Below, in pieces: positions 12,820 to 27,246 of a DNA stretch of 61,995 nt (its first letter is position 1; every line of letters starts with the position of its first letter). The notes under the pieces are model-generated. The model was not told the origin of the DNA. It did not search any database and saw only the letters and a list, made by a program, of their open reading frames with translations. The position numbers and the translations under genes were made by a program. The DNA comes from Octopus bimaculoides (taxonomy: Eukaryota), in assembly GCF_001194135.2 (NCBI RefSeq), contig NC_068992.1, positions 67,383,153-67,445,147 on the forward strand, given 5' to 3'.

Positions 12820-13890
12820 GCACACGCACACGCACACACACCCACAACCACACACACACACACACACACACACTCACATCCTTGAGAATATGTTTGCGCT
12901 AGCAAAGTACATATTCCACATGATTGTGTCTTGAGTTTTTCCATATCGATATGAGGAACTTTCATGTGTCTGTCTGTCTGTGTTTGCATGTATAGATGTG
13001 TGTGTGTGTGTGTCTGTGTGTGTGTGTGTGAGAGAGAGAGATAGAAAGAGAGAGAGAGAGAGAGAGAGAGTAATAAATTGCGTCTCCTAAGTTTCACTAA
13101 TAATTCCTCTGTCAGCTGGAGCTTATAGTAGAGGAACTCAACCAATTAGACCCCCCCACACACACACATATGTATATGCATATGTAAGCATGCTTGTTGT
13201 ATTTAAAAGTTCAGTATGCATTCAGGTATGTAGATTGTGATTTAGTTACCTATGTTTCAAATATCTTCCGATTTCGATATTAAATATACACTTTGAACAC
13301 AGATTTTATTTCAATCTCATTCATATTCTATAACATAATTCCTATGCTGCTTTCACCCAGTTCACCAACTCTTATTGTTACTCTGCATGTCATTCCTTCT
13401 CATAAAACCACACACATCTCTTAATATTTCACAGGCATTACAACAAATCAGTTCACTTGAAAAGACACGAATATTTATATATGATATCATTAAATATTCA
13501 AATTAAATAGTGAAATTATTTAACTCTTGACTGCATAAATTAGAGATCATATTTGGTTTTCTTAGCAAAGTTATTTACGTCATATGACAATGAAATACTA
13601 GAGTTAATCAAGTCTTATAAGAATTAACAAGTGAAGTTATAAAATTCAATCAATTAAATAGTGAAATTATTTAAAGTGGTGACAATCAGAACTCTGATTT
13701 GAAGCATGTATGCGGTGAGGAAAAACATTAATGCTACAAGGCATCTTTTTCTCACCTCATAAACATTGTAATTAGATGTCTGAAGCTGGCAGTATCAAAT
13801 GCGTTATAACAAACTTGACTATTGTTTTGCATGTGGTTGGTGTGACAGAGTAATTAAATCCAGTAATTTCTAATTCTAAATACGGTTTTA

Positions 13891-13950
<60 letters not shown>

Positions 13951-15390
13951 AGCATTTCAGTGTCAATACTTTCTGTTATGACGGATATGAAAACACCACA
14001 ACATGTAACAGGTTTACAATATTACATCACGTATACGCCATTATTCACATGGATATAAATAACTTAATATTCACGAGATTCTGTGGCTGTGACAAAATGA
14101 TCTGTTTAATCTCCTCAGATCAACATTCTCAAAGTTGAATATAGAATGCTCGGTTTTCTATTTAGCGATAGAAATAGCTGCTGCCCATCTGCAAAGCAGG
14201 GAGGCACGGTAAAAGTTTTCACATTGAGATTATCATCACAGAATTTCTGCGATATGTTTTAACTCTAATTCCAATCGTTCAAAATGTTTTCTTGTTTAAT
14301 TAACGGTTTCAGATTTCCAAACCTTTGATGTTGGGATGTTTTGAAAGATATTGATATAGTCACGAAATAATAATAATAATAATAAACTTCAAAAGAAATT
14401 TGTCAACATGATCAGGGTGTCATGCTGCAGTAAAGCAATCACATAATTTCATCTGTATAAAAGCTAATCGGCATCTGGCTTATTTTCAAAGAATGAAAAT
14501 AAAAACAGCAATTACTCACCAACACGTTAGAGATTCAAGTTCACAAATGTTGTTTCGTTTCACTGTTTCCTTTATTGCTGCTACAAAGGTTTCTGATCTT
14601 TGCATCTAACACTTTAATATCTCCACTGATTTGCTGGTCTTATTCTCTCTCCTCCCTTACGACATATCATTATAAAGCCTCACTAGATACGATTCTTTTA
14701 AAGGTCACAACCCTATGAAGATTCATGGTTGAACCTTTACTAAGCTACTTCGTCAAATTTCAAAGGCTTTCAAATAATAATTTATCGCAAAACCAGAAAT
14801 CTATGATTTGTTGATGATGGGAGTTGATTGGTAACTCGAAGTATATGACTGCAAGTTTAACACACTGGTATTAGAACTGGAATGAAAAATTAGAATATGA
14901 AAAACTAATTTTATCTACCACATTGCCGTTTTGCAATCACAGCCTTGTCCGCGGTGAGACTGTTTCTGGTAGAATCAAGTACGACAATACAAATTTAGAT
15001 CATGATGAGGCAAACGTATTCAGTAATTGCAGAGTCCAGAATTTATATTTATTTGCTGAATGCCTTTTATTATCACACCTCTATGAAAATCCAAAATAAT
15101 ATGGGATTTTCTGCATTTTCATGACATACATATATGCATGAATACATTCATACATACATTCATTCACCCCTCCACACACACCACACACATACACACACAT
15201 ACATTTTCAATGCATGTTTAAGTTACATCTATATTAAGCTTGTCTCAGTCTCGCATTAATTGAAAACTTTAGACTTTACATGTACAAACATCTGATGACT
15301 ACATTCACACATCATGCCAATTCACACACATACACGCAGTCACCCACTTACACAGACTCGCACACTCGCGCGGATATGCATGCGTGTGTA

Positions 15391-15426
<36 letters not shown>

Positions 15427-15566
15427 GAAAAGCAACAAATTGTTGACAATCCGTCATGCAGAAATGAAAAGTATATATTACCTTAACGGATGAGTCCAGC
15501 ATTCGGGTCAAGACTTAATATGGAAGAGAACTACTTAACTATTAACAGACAGAACCATACCCGCTG

Positions 15567-15604
<38 letters not shown>

Positions 15605-16033
15605 NNNNNNNNNNNNNNNNNNNNNNNNNNNNNNNNNNNNNNNNNNNNNNNNNNNNNNNNNNNNNNNNNNNNNNNNNNNNNNNNNNNNNNNNNNNNNNNN
15701 NNNNNNNNNNNNNNNNNNNNNNNNNNNNNNNNNNNNNNNNNNNNNNNNNNNNNNNNNNNNNNNNNNNNNNNNNNNNNNNNNNNNNNNNNNNNNNNNNNNN
15801 NNNNNNNNNNNNNNNNNNNNNNNNNNNNNNNNNNNNNNNNNNNNNNNNNNNNNNNNNNNNNNNNNNNNNNNNNNNNNNNNNNNNNNNNNNNNNNNNNNNN
15901 NNNNNNNNNNNNNNNNNNNNNNNNNNNNNNNNNNNNNNNNNNNNNNNNNNNNNNNNNNNNNNNNNNNNNNNNNNNNNNNNNNNNNNNNNNNNNNNNNNNN
16001 NNNNNNNNNNNNNNNNNNNNNNNNNNNNNNNNN

Positions 16034-16096
<63 letters not shown>

Positions 16097-16516
16097 TACA
16101 CACACACAGACACACACACACACACACATATATATATATGTATATATGTATGTATGTGACACCCTTCTGTTTGTAATGGGTATTGTTATTGTTTACGCGT
16201 GAAACAAACTTCATCTCTCTCTCTCTCTGTACACACACACATATGTATACATAGATGTACAATAAACTCACACACTTTTAATATACACACACACTCACAC
16301 ACACACACATATAAATATTGGGCGTTTAATTATAAAGAAATCACTACTTTTCTTTGAAGCTGTAAATATGTCTTCAGCATTGAAAAACTTCGACTAATAT
16401 ATTACGTTGAAGCATGAAGGATTCCGTTACAGATTCAACATCAACTTAAATTTCATTATTTTACCTTGTAATTTACGTATAAGATATATTTATATGAAGC
16501 ATACAGCTAACGTTAC

Positions 16517-16608
16517 CTGTGTGAAATCAGATGAAACACATCTGTCTCATTAGAACTATGCAAAATGCTGTGATATGTCTTTTTAAAGTTCTTAAATTCC
16601 AGAAAAAC
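16517..16608 (-). CDS. Candidate internal exon, phase-compatible with 17004-17128
   Basis: gttatag| VFLEFKNFKKTYHSILHSSNETDVFHLISH |gtaacg; 92 nt, phase 0 to 2, no stop. Confidence 0.45.
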
Positions 16609-17003
16609 CTATAACTACGCTATAGTAACACGAAAGTTTTTCCAGACTAAGTTATATGGCAATACTAAAAGACATGAAGATAAGGCTATTTTTGTGTATA
16701 AGTATCTGATTAAAATCTTCTGAAACTTGTTTAGATTAGTACTGTAGTGCCATAAATATTTTAGTATCTACTTAGTATCATATCATTTATTGAGGGTGGT
16801 TAATGTTAACATATCGCATATTTTACAAAATTAATATATCTCAAGTTACACGATGCTGTATCTCTTGTTAATCAGAATGGAAATTTCGGTATTCGCTGAC
16901 ATCGAAAATCCACTTCTGCAAACATTTCTTCAAATTACAGGAAAGCGTGTTGCAATTTGATATTACCGATTCTCTATTTTATATATTTTTCTTTTCATCT
17001 TAC

Positions 17004-17128
17004 GATTCTTGAATGCTTCAATAGCGTCGTCTTCTGATTTTCAAAGAATGACTTTACGTCTTTTTTTATATTTAGAGCAGGATTACATTTCCCAAAGATA
17101 TTCATATTAAAAGCATCAAGAATTTCAG
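17004..17128 (-). CDS. Candidate internal exon of an unidentified gene
   Basis: ttctcag| (A)EILDAFNMNIFGKCNPALNIKKDVKSFFENQKTTLLKHSRI |gtaaga; 125 nt, phase 1 to 0, no stop. A stronger acceptor at 17157 would need a 1-nt indel. Confidence 0.45.
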
Positions 17129-19267
17129 CTGAGAACTTTTACCATTAAAATCCGAATCTGAATAAAATTTAAGTATTTCTACCACGTTCATTTCCCTCGT
17201 AATATCGTAATAAAATCTGTGAGATACTGCTGTTTATATAAAGAAACAGTATCTGCACTAATTACACTGACTATACAATACATTAAATACTATACCAATT
17301 TAGCCTTCCAGGATTCCGAAATACCTGGTGGAAAATATTAAAACTTGAGGGACTACNNNNNNNNNNNNNNNNNNNNNNNNNNNNNNNNNNNNNNNNNNNN
17401 NNNNNNNNNNNNNNNNNNNNNNNNNNNNNNNNNNNNNNNNNNNNNNNNNNNNNNNNTATATATATATGTATATATATATGTATATATATATATATATGTA
17501 TATATTGGCTGGAGTTATTTGTATATGTATGTGGGGGGCAAGTTACCAACGATTGTATGTTTAGTGTATATATATGTACAGGTATTTTAGTATGTATATG
17601 TGTTTTCATGATATTAGTCCCTTGTGAATATTTTAACTTTATTTTACCATTATTTTAGTTACCCTAGGTATACAGGTTCTTCCCTTCTACTAAAGCTAAT
17701 TTAAATAAAGATTTTAAATCGTAATTTTTATTTTTATGCCATATAACTGGTTATTGAAATGAAACAAAACGAATTTAAAATTTGTATTCTACAATGTATT
17801 GTTTATTGATATATAAAACCTTATTTTTTATTCCATTCTCAACCAAAACTATACACAGGCATATATGTAATAGTTGTAGGAACCAAGGTTATAAGTGTAG
17901 GAAGTTTGCAAGCTTCGAGCAATCCGTGGTAGGTATAAAAAACAACGTTCAGGAACAATCATTTATTGGCATCGAAGACTGTAGGCTTTTCTCACATCGA
18001 AAATCGTTAAGCTGAAAAAGGTTATGCATAGTTCATGTTTATTCACTCTAGTTACTACAAATGCGAATAAAAATCTAAATTGAGTGAAACAGGTAAAATC
18101 CAGGTTAAAACCATGTTAACCAGCACTTTTCTTATTGACCATTTGTTTCATCAAGCATTTCTTATCTTCAAGCATCTATGATTTTCTTTCATTTGTATTT
18201 TTTTGTTCCCGCTTCACCTCTCATTTCAAATCAAACTTTCGCTGAGTTAACTTCAGCCCCCCCCCCCCCAAACGACAATGTAATCTTCATATAATCAAGC
18301 TATCTTCGGTCTGGTGAGTAGCTAGCTGAATAATTATGACATAGCAGGCTTTGCTAGCTACGAAACATATGTAGCCTGGATACTATCTGCTCCACTACCT
18401 CTACTGGAGTGTTTATACATATGATAAACCCATAAAATCAAGATGTATGAAAATTGAATGCATATTTATTTAATCACGTGGGTTCTATATGATTACAGCT
18501 ATTGATTTCAATAGGCTAGATATTTGGCACACATATTTGCATTAGTATGTATGCACGTTATTATGCAATATAATTGTGTATGAACAAAGCTCATCAGCTC
18601 ACTGGAACATCATAGTTCGCTGCTGTGTCCTCGACAATTCGGAGCCCCTTTCCTAAACGTGAATGCACATAGCACACAAACGGAAATATGCCCTAATGAT
18701 GAACTACCTCAGCACACAAGTATAAGAACACCATGTCCAGAACAAAAACACAATAATGCTAACAAATTGACCGCAAGAAACAAAAATTGCCCAAAAGATA
18801 AATCCAAGCGAGACACACATCCAAAACATGCTACCCAAGATTAAAGTCCTTTGATTGATTATTTTATGCACATTAATTTAAGAGAACACCCGTGAACTAA
18901 ATGTTTTCGAAAATGGCGGCGAATACCTATCGCCATGTGATCAGTTTCAAAGATTAAGATTCTAGGATAATTTCCACTTTTCTTGTCATGAAACCAATGG
19001 TAACTTTAACCCACAAATAAACCGTATACCAATGCGGAGTTGAGCACTCAGTTTCATCGTTCGACATTTACCTATATATANNNNNNNNNNNNNNNNNNNN
19101 NNNNNNNNNNNNNNNNNNNNNNNNNNNNNNNNNNNNNNNNNNNNNNNNNNNNNNNNNNNNNATATATATATTATAAAGGTCATCGCAATAAAGTTTAGCG
19201 TGATATTATTTGTTTTTTCTCAGTTGAAAGATGCCTAGTTAGTAAATGGATGCTTTGTACTCACATA

Positions 19268-19586
19268 GAGGAAGGCGCGTGGCTTAGTGGTTAAGGGCAT
19301 TTGGTTCAAGATCGTATGGTTGTGAGTTCCATTCTTGGAACTTCTTGAGCAAGACACTCTATTTCACGCTGCTCCAGTTCGCTCAGTTGGCAAAAATGAG
19401 TAGTCTCTGTATTATCAATGACCAACGTTGTCACGTTCTTTTCACGCTGAAACTCAATGGGAACTATCTAAATGGTACGCGTGTTTGTGGAGTGCTCAGC
19501 CGCTCGCACGTTAATGTCACAAGCATGGTGTTTCATTGATCGGATCAAGTAGATCCCTCGTCGTAGGCGACGGAGTGCCAGTCTTC
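19268..19586 (+). mobile_element. tRNA-derived SINE, family D (my label)
   Basis: A-box-like TGGCTTAGTGG and B-box-like GAGTTCCATTC, then ttgagcaagacact..ctccagt.c.ctcag.tggcaaaaatgagta, resembling conserved central (Meta/CORE-type) SINE domains. Confidence 0.75.
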
Positions 19587-19944
19587 TATATGCTTGTGAT
19601 ATTTTCAGAAATCATCAATGGAAATGTTAAATCAACAACTGATATGAGTGTGTTAGATGTATATAATCTCTAAATGCCTTTATACAAACACAAATACATT
19701 GGACAATGTATTGTTTTGTAAAGGTTATTTACACTCTACTTATAAATTCTAATCCAAATAGGGATGCATAAACAGGCCCAGTCTCTCACACACAGGCATT
19801 CACTTCTCACACATATAACCACTCATACACGCATTTACATATTCGCATTGGCGTATTTATGTTTATACTTGTACGTGACGTAAGTATATACACACATGCA
19901 CACACACACAAACACATGTGTGTGTGTGTGTATATATATATCTG

Positions 19945-19989
<45 letters not shown>

Positions 19990-20399
19990 CGGATGTACAT
20001 GTGTGACCTAATTTTCTGAAAACATTATTGCTCAACTTTACTGCTGATAACTGAAATGTCAGATAATGTTATATTTTATTGACATTGTTTAGAAATACGA
20101 CCACAAAGCAATATTTCAGGACTTGATTGATTGTGGTGGTGATGAGGGAGGGAGTGTTCGGAGAATTAGTTTTTTGTTTCCGAGAGCTGAATATAAGTTT
20201 TGATCAAGCAATGATAGATCAAAGATTTCTACCTAAGTGCACTTTATTTTAAGACGATATATCCAAAAGGATTGCACTAACTATTGTGGTATTGCATTTT
20301 TAAGACAGTAAAGTGAGGTTTAAGAGAAACTCCGCAACCGTTTTATTGAAGCCGACAGGTGGAGGGGGAGCTGCCTCATTTACATCAGGACCATTATGT

Positions 20400-20590
20400 T
20401 TCTAGTACAAGAGACGGGACAGAAATTTGGTGGTGGGCCGGGTCGGGTGGCGTATAATCAATTGAATTGCTCCTAGTACTTCAAGGATACATTATATCAA
20501 CATCCAGGAGATAAAAATGTGCCTCGGCCGTATTTGAATTTAGACCATATTAAGCCGGAACAAAGACCTAAAAAGTGTTTTGTTCGACAC
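20400..20590 (-). mobile_element. Highly degraded SINE family B copy
   Basis: Weak similarity to the reverse complement of 57918-58133 (cctcggccgtatttgaatttagac). Confidence 0.4.
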
Positions 20591-22454
20591 TCTGCTTGCC
20601 AATAGATGAATATCGCCTGGGGCGCCGGTAAGATTTGAAGTAAAATCGTTCCGCTGCTGCTGCTAACACTAAATTTAGTTTAATCACAAAAATAGAATAT
20701 TGTGAAACCATTCTATGAATTGGGTGGACTTTATGACTGCTTTCGCTCTTATTTCCTTACATATATATATATATATATATATAAGCAATGTTAATTCTCT
20801 AAATGAAGTATTAACAGTAACTGCACGATAAAGTGAAGTGTATTGCCACTTAAGTGTGGCTGACCCCTAGGGGTGGATGTGNNNNNNNNNNNNNNNNNNN
20901 NNNNNNNNNNNNNNNNNNNNNNNNNNNNNNNNNNNNNNNNNNNNNNNNNNNNNNNNNNNNNNNNNNNNNNNNNNNNNNNNNNNNNNNNNNNNNNNNNNNN
21001 NNNNNNNNNNNNNNNNNNNNNNNNNNNNNNNNNNNNNNNNNNNNNNNNNNNNNNNTATATATATATATATATATATATATCTTTAAATGAATGCTAGTAT
21101 TGCTTATGGGAGTAATATTTGTAAATTCTTTGTAAGTTCATTTCTGTGCAGTCGGCACTACCAGTTTGATGTTAACAATGTATATGTTTGTCGCAGAAAA
21201 GGTAATTTGAAAAGAATTTCATCTATTTTTGTTTTTATTCCTCCACTCAATGTAAATCGCATTTTTTTTTTTCATTCCTTAATTCCAAATCGTCTGTATT
21301 GTGTTTGTGACGAAAGAGCGGACGAAATTACGAGTGAAAGCGGATAAATTTTTATATATTTGCTTTCGGTTCCTTGAAATTTAGCAAATAAAATCTAGTT
21401 GCTCGCAGAAGATTCTTAAGAATTGTGTTTTCTTTAGGTTTGCTATATAACCATCTTTGTAAAGGGACAATTCATGAACTGTTTGGCTACTCTAAGCTGA
21501 TTGCATTTAATTCTAAACAATTTCTTTTATTGTATTCATTGTTATATTTCGCTTAACAAGTTTTTCTTTGCAATTTAATCTTATCTGTTTTCTTAAATCG
21601 TATTCTTTGCCTGGACTGTACCACTTTAAATATATTTGTTTTTCTTAGCTAGAAGTTAATGCAATTTTCATGAAAATCTGCAACTTTTCGCAAAACTCAT
21701 CGTTAACTTTAATATTCGATATTGTTTGTTTTCAGTTTTTCTTAAATTGAAGTAAACTTGCCTGAGTGAGGGAAGCAGCACTTTTAGAAACGTGTTGAAT
21801 CTACAATGCCTTATATTAAGATGAATTAAATGCTTTTACACACAGACGCATGCACAGTGATACACACGAAAGCGCACATACGTATAGAGTACGCACGACG
21901 TAGCAGGCATCTGGAACAGTGAAAGCAATTTTAATATTACAAACATTTGTATTTGACAGAAAAATAAAATTATAAACACTTCTCTGCTGTACTTTAGATG
22001 TGTAGAAAAAGAAAGCTACGCGAGTTTCTTGAGGGGTAGTTCTATAGTTTCTTCACCGCTCCTCAAAGGACACTGCCCACCTTCATTGCCCAATCAATAC
22101 CAAACAATTTGTAGACACAAAGCTGTCATGAATTAAGCAACCACAGAGTGGGTAGTATAAATGGAACGCTACGCGTTTTTCAGTTGGTCATTAACGAAAC
22201 ATTATCTTTCATATGCCCACTACTATAGAAGTGAAAACAGCATAAATATATTCAAATATTAAATAAAGATTAAACCACCACCAACAACAACAACAGCAAC
22301 AACATAAAAACTGGCCGAGTGAAACTTATAAGAATGAATAGGTATTACATTTGTACTTTTCTGTGCGGGAAAAAGAACGCACGGTATCACGCATATCATT
22401 TCACGGTTCACCGCTCATAAAAGATGTAACCGCTTTCCACTGGCACTACACCTC

Positions 22455-22517
<63 letters not shown>

Positions 22518-23651
22518 NNNNNNNNNNNNNNNNNNNNNNNNNNNNNNNNNNNNNNNNNNNNNNNNNNNNNTATATATATATAATCAGTGGGTGGCTGCGC
22601 GCGCATGTGTGTGTATGTCCGTGTGTATACATAATTTTTTCTTTTTAAAAAACTGCTGGTAAATTTATTATAGATTAGCACTCGCGTATGCTTTGACAAA
22701 AAAATTAATTAAGTTTATGGTATAATGCTTCTGGAGTAATAGAACGGTTTATTGATATTAATGATAAAAAACGTACCAAATTCATTCAAGTTGTTATATC
22801 TAACTGTTACACCTCTATTAACCCTATCTTACTTAATAAAGCTTTAATGTTTGCGATGAGGATTTCAGATTTCTCAAAGAACTTGATATGCTAACGGCTA
22901 GGGAAACTATAATAGAACTAGAAGGAAATTACTAGACACGAAAATTTAGATCAGATAATTTTTACATTACGATAGAGTTCAGTGACACCGCCAAAGCATC
23001 ATACTGAGTAGAGATGTATATTCTTCAATGTATACATAGTAAATAACCACACTGGATGTGGGACAATATAGGGATGGCTCTCTGTTTACGCTCTTTAGCT
23101 ATTCTAAATTAACCAAGAAAGGTCCCGTAAAAAACTCTTTAGACTATTTAAAGATCTCTATTTTTCTATCTTTATTGAAAATAAAAATATCAAACGTAAT
23201 ATAATTAGCAACAGATGCTTTATATAGTTTATATAATGTGTTTACCTGGATCTTCGCTCATTGCAGAAATCTCTGCTAACCTTATAAAATAGCATGTGTA
23301 ACTTAATATACATAAAATAGTGATAAGATTGATTTAGCATCATATATATATATATATGAGATCTATCTTCACCGTTCAATTAACAACAAAATTGATATGA
23401 TGTATGTGCAATTCTCTCAATATTTATTCTCTGAAATAATTATTACATTCAGCTTGCCATAATTATCTTCTATAAATATATCGAAATTGATATAAACAAA
23501 GAATCAAAATTTAAAGATAATTTACGTAGAATACTGATCATACGTTCTATTAAAACACTGATTTATCAGCATCTGAAATATGCATGAGTATATGGATCAT
23601 GTACGAGAGAGAGAAAGAGAGACAGAGAGAGCGAGAGAGAGATAGAGAGAG

Positions 23652-23682
<31 letters not shown>

Positions 23683-23889
23683 GGATCACACACACATGCA
23701 CACGCATATTTATTCTGTTGTTCAAATGCACGTATTGCTTCCCTGTTTAATTGCAAATATTTTGAGCTCGTTCAGTAAGATGGAGGCCTCTTACTGTAAA
23801 CTCAATGGCCATGAAGACACCAAGAGAGCGAGGAGGGGGGACGAACAAGAGCCATACGGACTCTCGAAAGCTACAATCATGTCAGAAAA

Positions 23890-24270
23890 ATGGACGTACA
23901 TGCGACAGATGCGAGGCCCAGAGCCACACTAAAGGGCCACATATTCAGATTTAATCACAGGATATACGCCGAAGGAGGTGCTGTTTCCCGTGTTAATATT
24001 GCTGGTGATGTGGCTAAGCTATTTCTGATATGGTGGGATAGAAGATTGAAAGAAAGGTTAGTAGAGAGTTTCATTACCCTAACCATGTACTCTCGCTATC
24101 TGGATGATAGCAACATAGTGACTAAAGCGACCCCACAAGACAGTGTATATAAACTAGAGGCTAGCACTATGGAGAGCATCAAGTAAATAGCTAACTCCAT
24201 CCACCAGAGTATTAAAGTAACCATAAATTATCCTAGCAAGCATCTTAACTGGAAAATATCCGGAAGTTTT
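23890..24270 (+). mobile_element. Penelope-like element reverse transcriptase fragment
   Basis: LKGHIFRFNHRIYAEGGAVSRVNIAGDVAKLFLIWWDRR..MYSRYLDDSNIV..*IANSIHQSIKVTINYPSKH. Contains the RYxDD catalytic motif and the PLE-type H.F.F...Y.Q..G and ANSIH..I.VT.DYPS features. Confidence 0.8.
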
Positions 24271-25271
24271 ATCTAACGGTGAATGTTCAACGTTTGGAGC
24301 ACGCATAACTTCCATAAACTTCTTCCAAACCGGGTTGCGATAGAGGATTTGTATATTGCAACTTCCAGACAAACTCGATAGATATAGGAAAGCTATCATT
24401 TGTGTCTGTTATGATGTATTAGAGCGACGATTGCAATCTATCTGCATTCGGTCATCGTACAAGCGTTCCTGATTTATGAAGTTTTGTTGAATAGATATTG
24501 CACCACAACCTTTCTTTGAATGAGAAGATTCGCTTCGTCTGTTGGCTATGCTCGAGGTGATTGTCTGCTACACAAGACTGAACGGACTGATGAAGGACTC
24601 TTTTCTCTTCGGCCAAACCCCCGTTCAATGATCCAAGTTTCAGTCGAATAAGTAAGTGAGAGTGAAGAGTGGTGTTGTCCCTTAGGAAATGTTGTTGAAG
24701 TATTATTGGTCAGCAACGACAGCAGCAAATTCCGAGAGAAATAACGCGGTTACAAGAAATACCAGCCAAATATTTCTTAAATCAGAAATATTGTAAAAAG
24801 GGCACACTGGACATGTTGATCCTTGATAAATAAAGAAGCGAGATTTGTCATGACTGAAACACCATCCATCATGCGTATATCCCACCAGATCTAATCCGCA
24901 CCCCTAAAGCAACAAAATTATATCTACATTTGTAGTGTGTGTGTCTCTCTCTCACTCCAGAACCTTCACAAAACCAATTCACTGATCATTTCCTATCAGA
25001 GTTAATTGTATTTAGAAATATTTTCGCTGGAAACTTTTATTCCCAAACAGATATATAGAAACGCTCAGTCAACTTGACAGCACTAACATTGAAGGACGTG
25101 AAAGCTCTAGCTTTATTGCTTCTAAGTCTCTAATTACTTAATAATAATGATAATAAAAGAGTAATACAAAATGTGTTCACTCAAATGGACAGCTGTAGCT
25201 TTGGAAGACGTGGAATCTCTATCTTTATTGATTCTTCATCTTGAATTACATCATATAATTGACAATGCTAG

Positions 25272-25600
25272 AAAATATGTTAAACTATAATGGAAAAGAA
25301 ACTTCATACTGCCACATTTACCAGTTTGAAAATATATCACAACCAACAATATTCCATATGTGAGACCTTCTTGTCCCGGATGACTATATTACTGTTGAGT
25401 GGTTCTTTTATGTCAGAGATGAAATTTACTACAGGCATAGAACACAAATACTATTCGGCTTGTTCTCTTACGCACAAAATGCGTACAATGTTTCAGGTTT
25501 GACTTCTCTACTAAACCACGTTGAAATCGTGGACCGATGTGTTTTCTGTTGCCAGAAATGTTCACAAAGCCGATGTAAGAGTGTTTCGTTTAATGTTTGA
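25272..25600 (+). CDS. Candidate two-exon segment with a 57-nt GT-AG intron, unidentified product
   Basis: One frame of about 110 codons whose only internal stop falls in the donor gtgaga (25360). Acceptor ggttcttttatgtcag ends at 25416. Ends ..VDRCVFCCQKCSQSRCKSVSFNV*, loosely PAN/apple-like. Confidence 0.35.
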
Positions 25601-27246
25601 ACTCAGATGGATATTTAAATAACTTTGCTGTTAGTGAATATCGCTCAAAGGATATTTGACTGCAAGGGGCATTGCTTCTTAAAATGTAGACTTAAAATAA
25701 TCATAACATTAACACTATGGCGACGAGTATGGGATATTGAGGTGATTTGACAGTTTTTATGGCAAGAGTTCCGTGACTGTAGGGTTGAATAGGAATCCCA
25801 TGAATATACCGTAGAAAAACTTTACATGAGCAGGCTATAGATATTCACTGAAGCTTATGCCTTTGTTAAAAATCTTTACTCAAATAATATGGCTATACTT
25901 TGAATGTAGCTAGCCAAAAGGAAATACACCCGCTATTTTCAACATTATTTAATAGTTAAACAACAGCACTGTGAACAAGATGTGAGTACTTATAAAGCTA
26001 AAATATCCATAATAAAGCTGATTTGTTCGTTAGATGCTGTATTTTATAAATAATTTATTTGGTAACATCAAATATTCGTTTTGATTGAGGTAATACTGAT
26101 AACTAAACTTGCGCTATCTTTGATCACTGAATCTATGCAGAGTAGGAAAATAATAGATGAATTAATTTAAAATTATTTCCATAGCAACGAGGTGTTACTC
26201 AGCCGGCGTTAATTTGTATCGATAGATATTTCATTTATTGTACGTCGTCGGGAAATAACTTTGAAATAATACAATCGTCGCGGCTCACATTTTCCTCTCT
26301 CACAACGTGTGTAAGTCTAGAAGAAAAGTTAATGAAAACCATTTTTAATGAAAACCCTCTCAGGTATCAAAGTTTAAGAACGGGTTTTAGTGAAAATATT
26401 ATCAAAAATTCTTCGTAATGCGAATACTGAAAATCAAACAGAAGTTGAACTTAGAGATATAAATGAGTTTAATTTCAGTTATTCGTCTGGTTTATACTAA
26501 TTTAATATAATTTGTCATGCTGTGAATATCGAATTTCTATATGTGAAACATAATATAGGGGATAAATCACGTGGCCCTTCTTTCACTGCTTTGCAAATAA
26601 ACATAAAAGCCTGCTTGAATATTACGAATTAAACAGAAAACTTGGTCAAGCTCTTCTCTGCTCCGACACCTATGAAATAAAAGATGCTCTGTTAGTTTTG
26701 GCATTTATTTAATTAGAAGCTGTTTAAAATCATTCCAGTATCTGATTCCCTTTGGAAGCACGAATCTATATAATCTGCGAGTGATAACACTGTCAAAGCA
26801 ATTTAGTGATAGTGACATTTAGAAAATACTAAATGTATCGAACTTAATATATTTCATTGCAATCGATTGAACCCTTACAGTAAGTTCTCCGAATAAATAA
26901 TAGAGAAAACTTAGTCGCAAATATTAATCTCTAATGTAATTGTGTTTTATGTCAGTATCTACACTTGTGTTCAAAGTCTATACAAATGATTTTGCTAACA
27001 AGTTGTATACTAACATGAAATATATTTGGTGCTCATACACACTGAATCAGTAGCGTTTCTTTGAAGAATTAGATTCTAATTAACGTTGCATAACCTCTAA
27101 ACATCTTTACCTCACCCAATACTCAACGGTCAGAGACCATGTGTCTTAAATGTCGATTCAGACTTAACCGTATCTCAGGCATTAAGTACATTTTTACATA
27201 CAACTTGGATAGATAGATATACGCTGTTATTCCTTCTTCCCTTCGG

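Noticed and set aside
13501-13674. 23-bp perfect direct repeat 151 bp apart as a target-site duplication
   Set aside because: Very AT-rich, and the enclosed 128 bp has no TE hallmark.
14519-14876. 358-nt minus-strand exon with strong acceptor and gtgagt donor
   Set aside because: Many stops in all frames; at most a short terminal or UTR exon.
18600-18845. Possible further R4-like fragment (QIDRKKQKL..HPKHA)
   Set aside because: Two short motifs in different frames; could be chance.
19268-19345. tRNA genes (also 6840-6913, 50200-50278, 51000-51040)
   Set aside because: A/B boxes are present, but there is no full cloverleaf and each continues into a SINE body.
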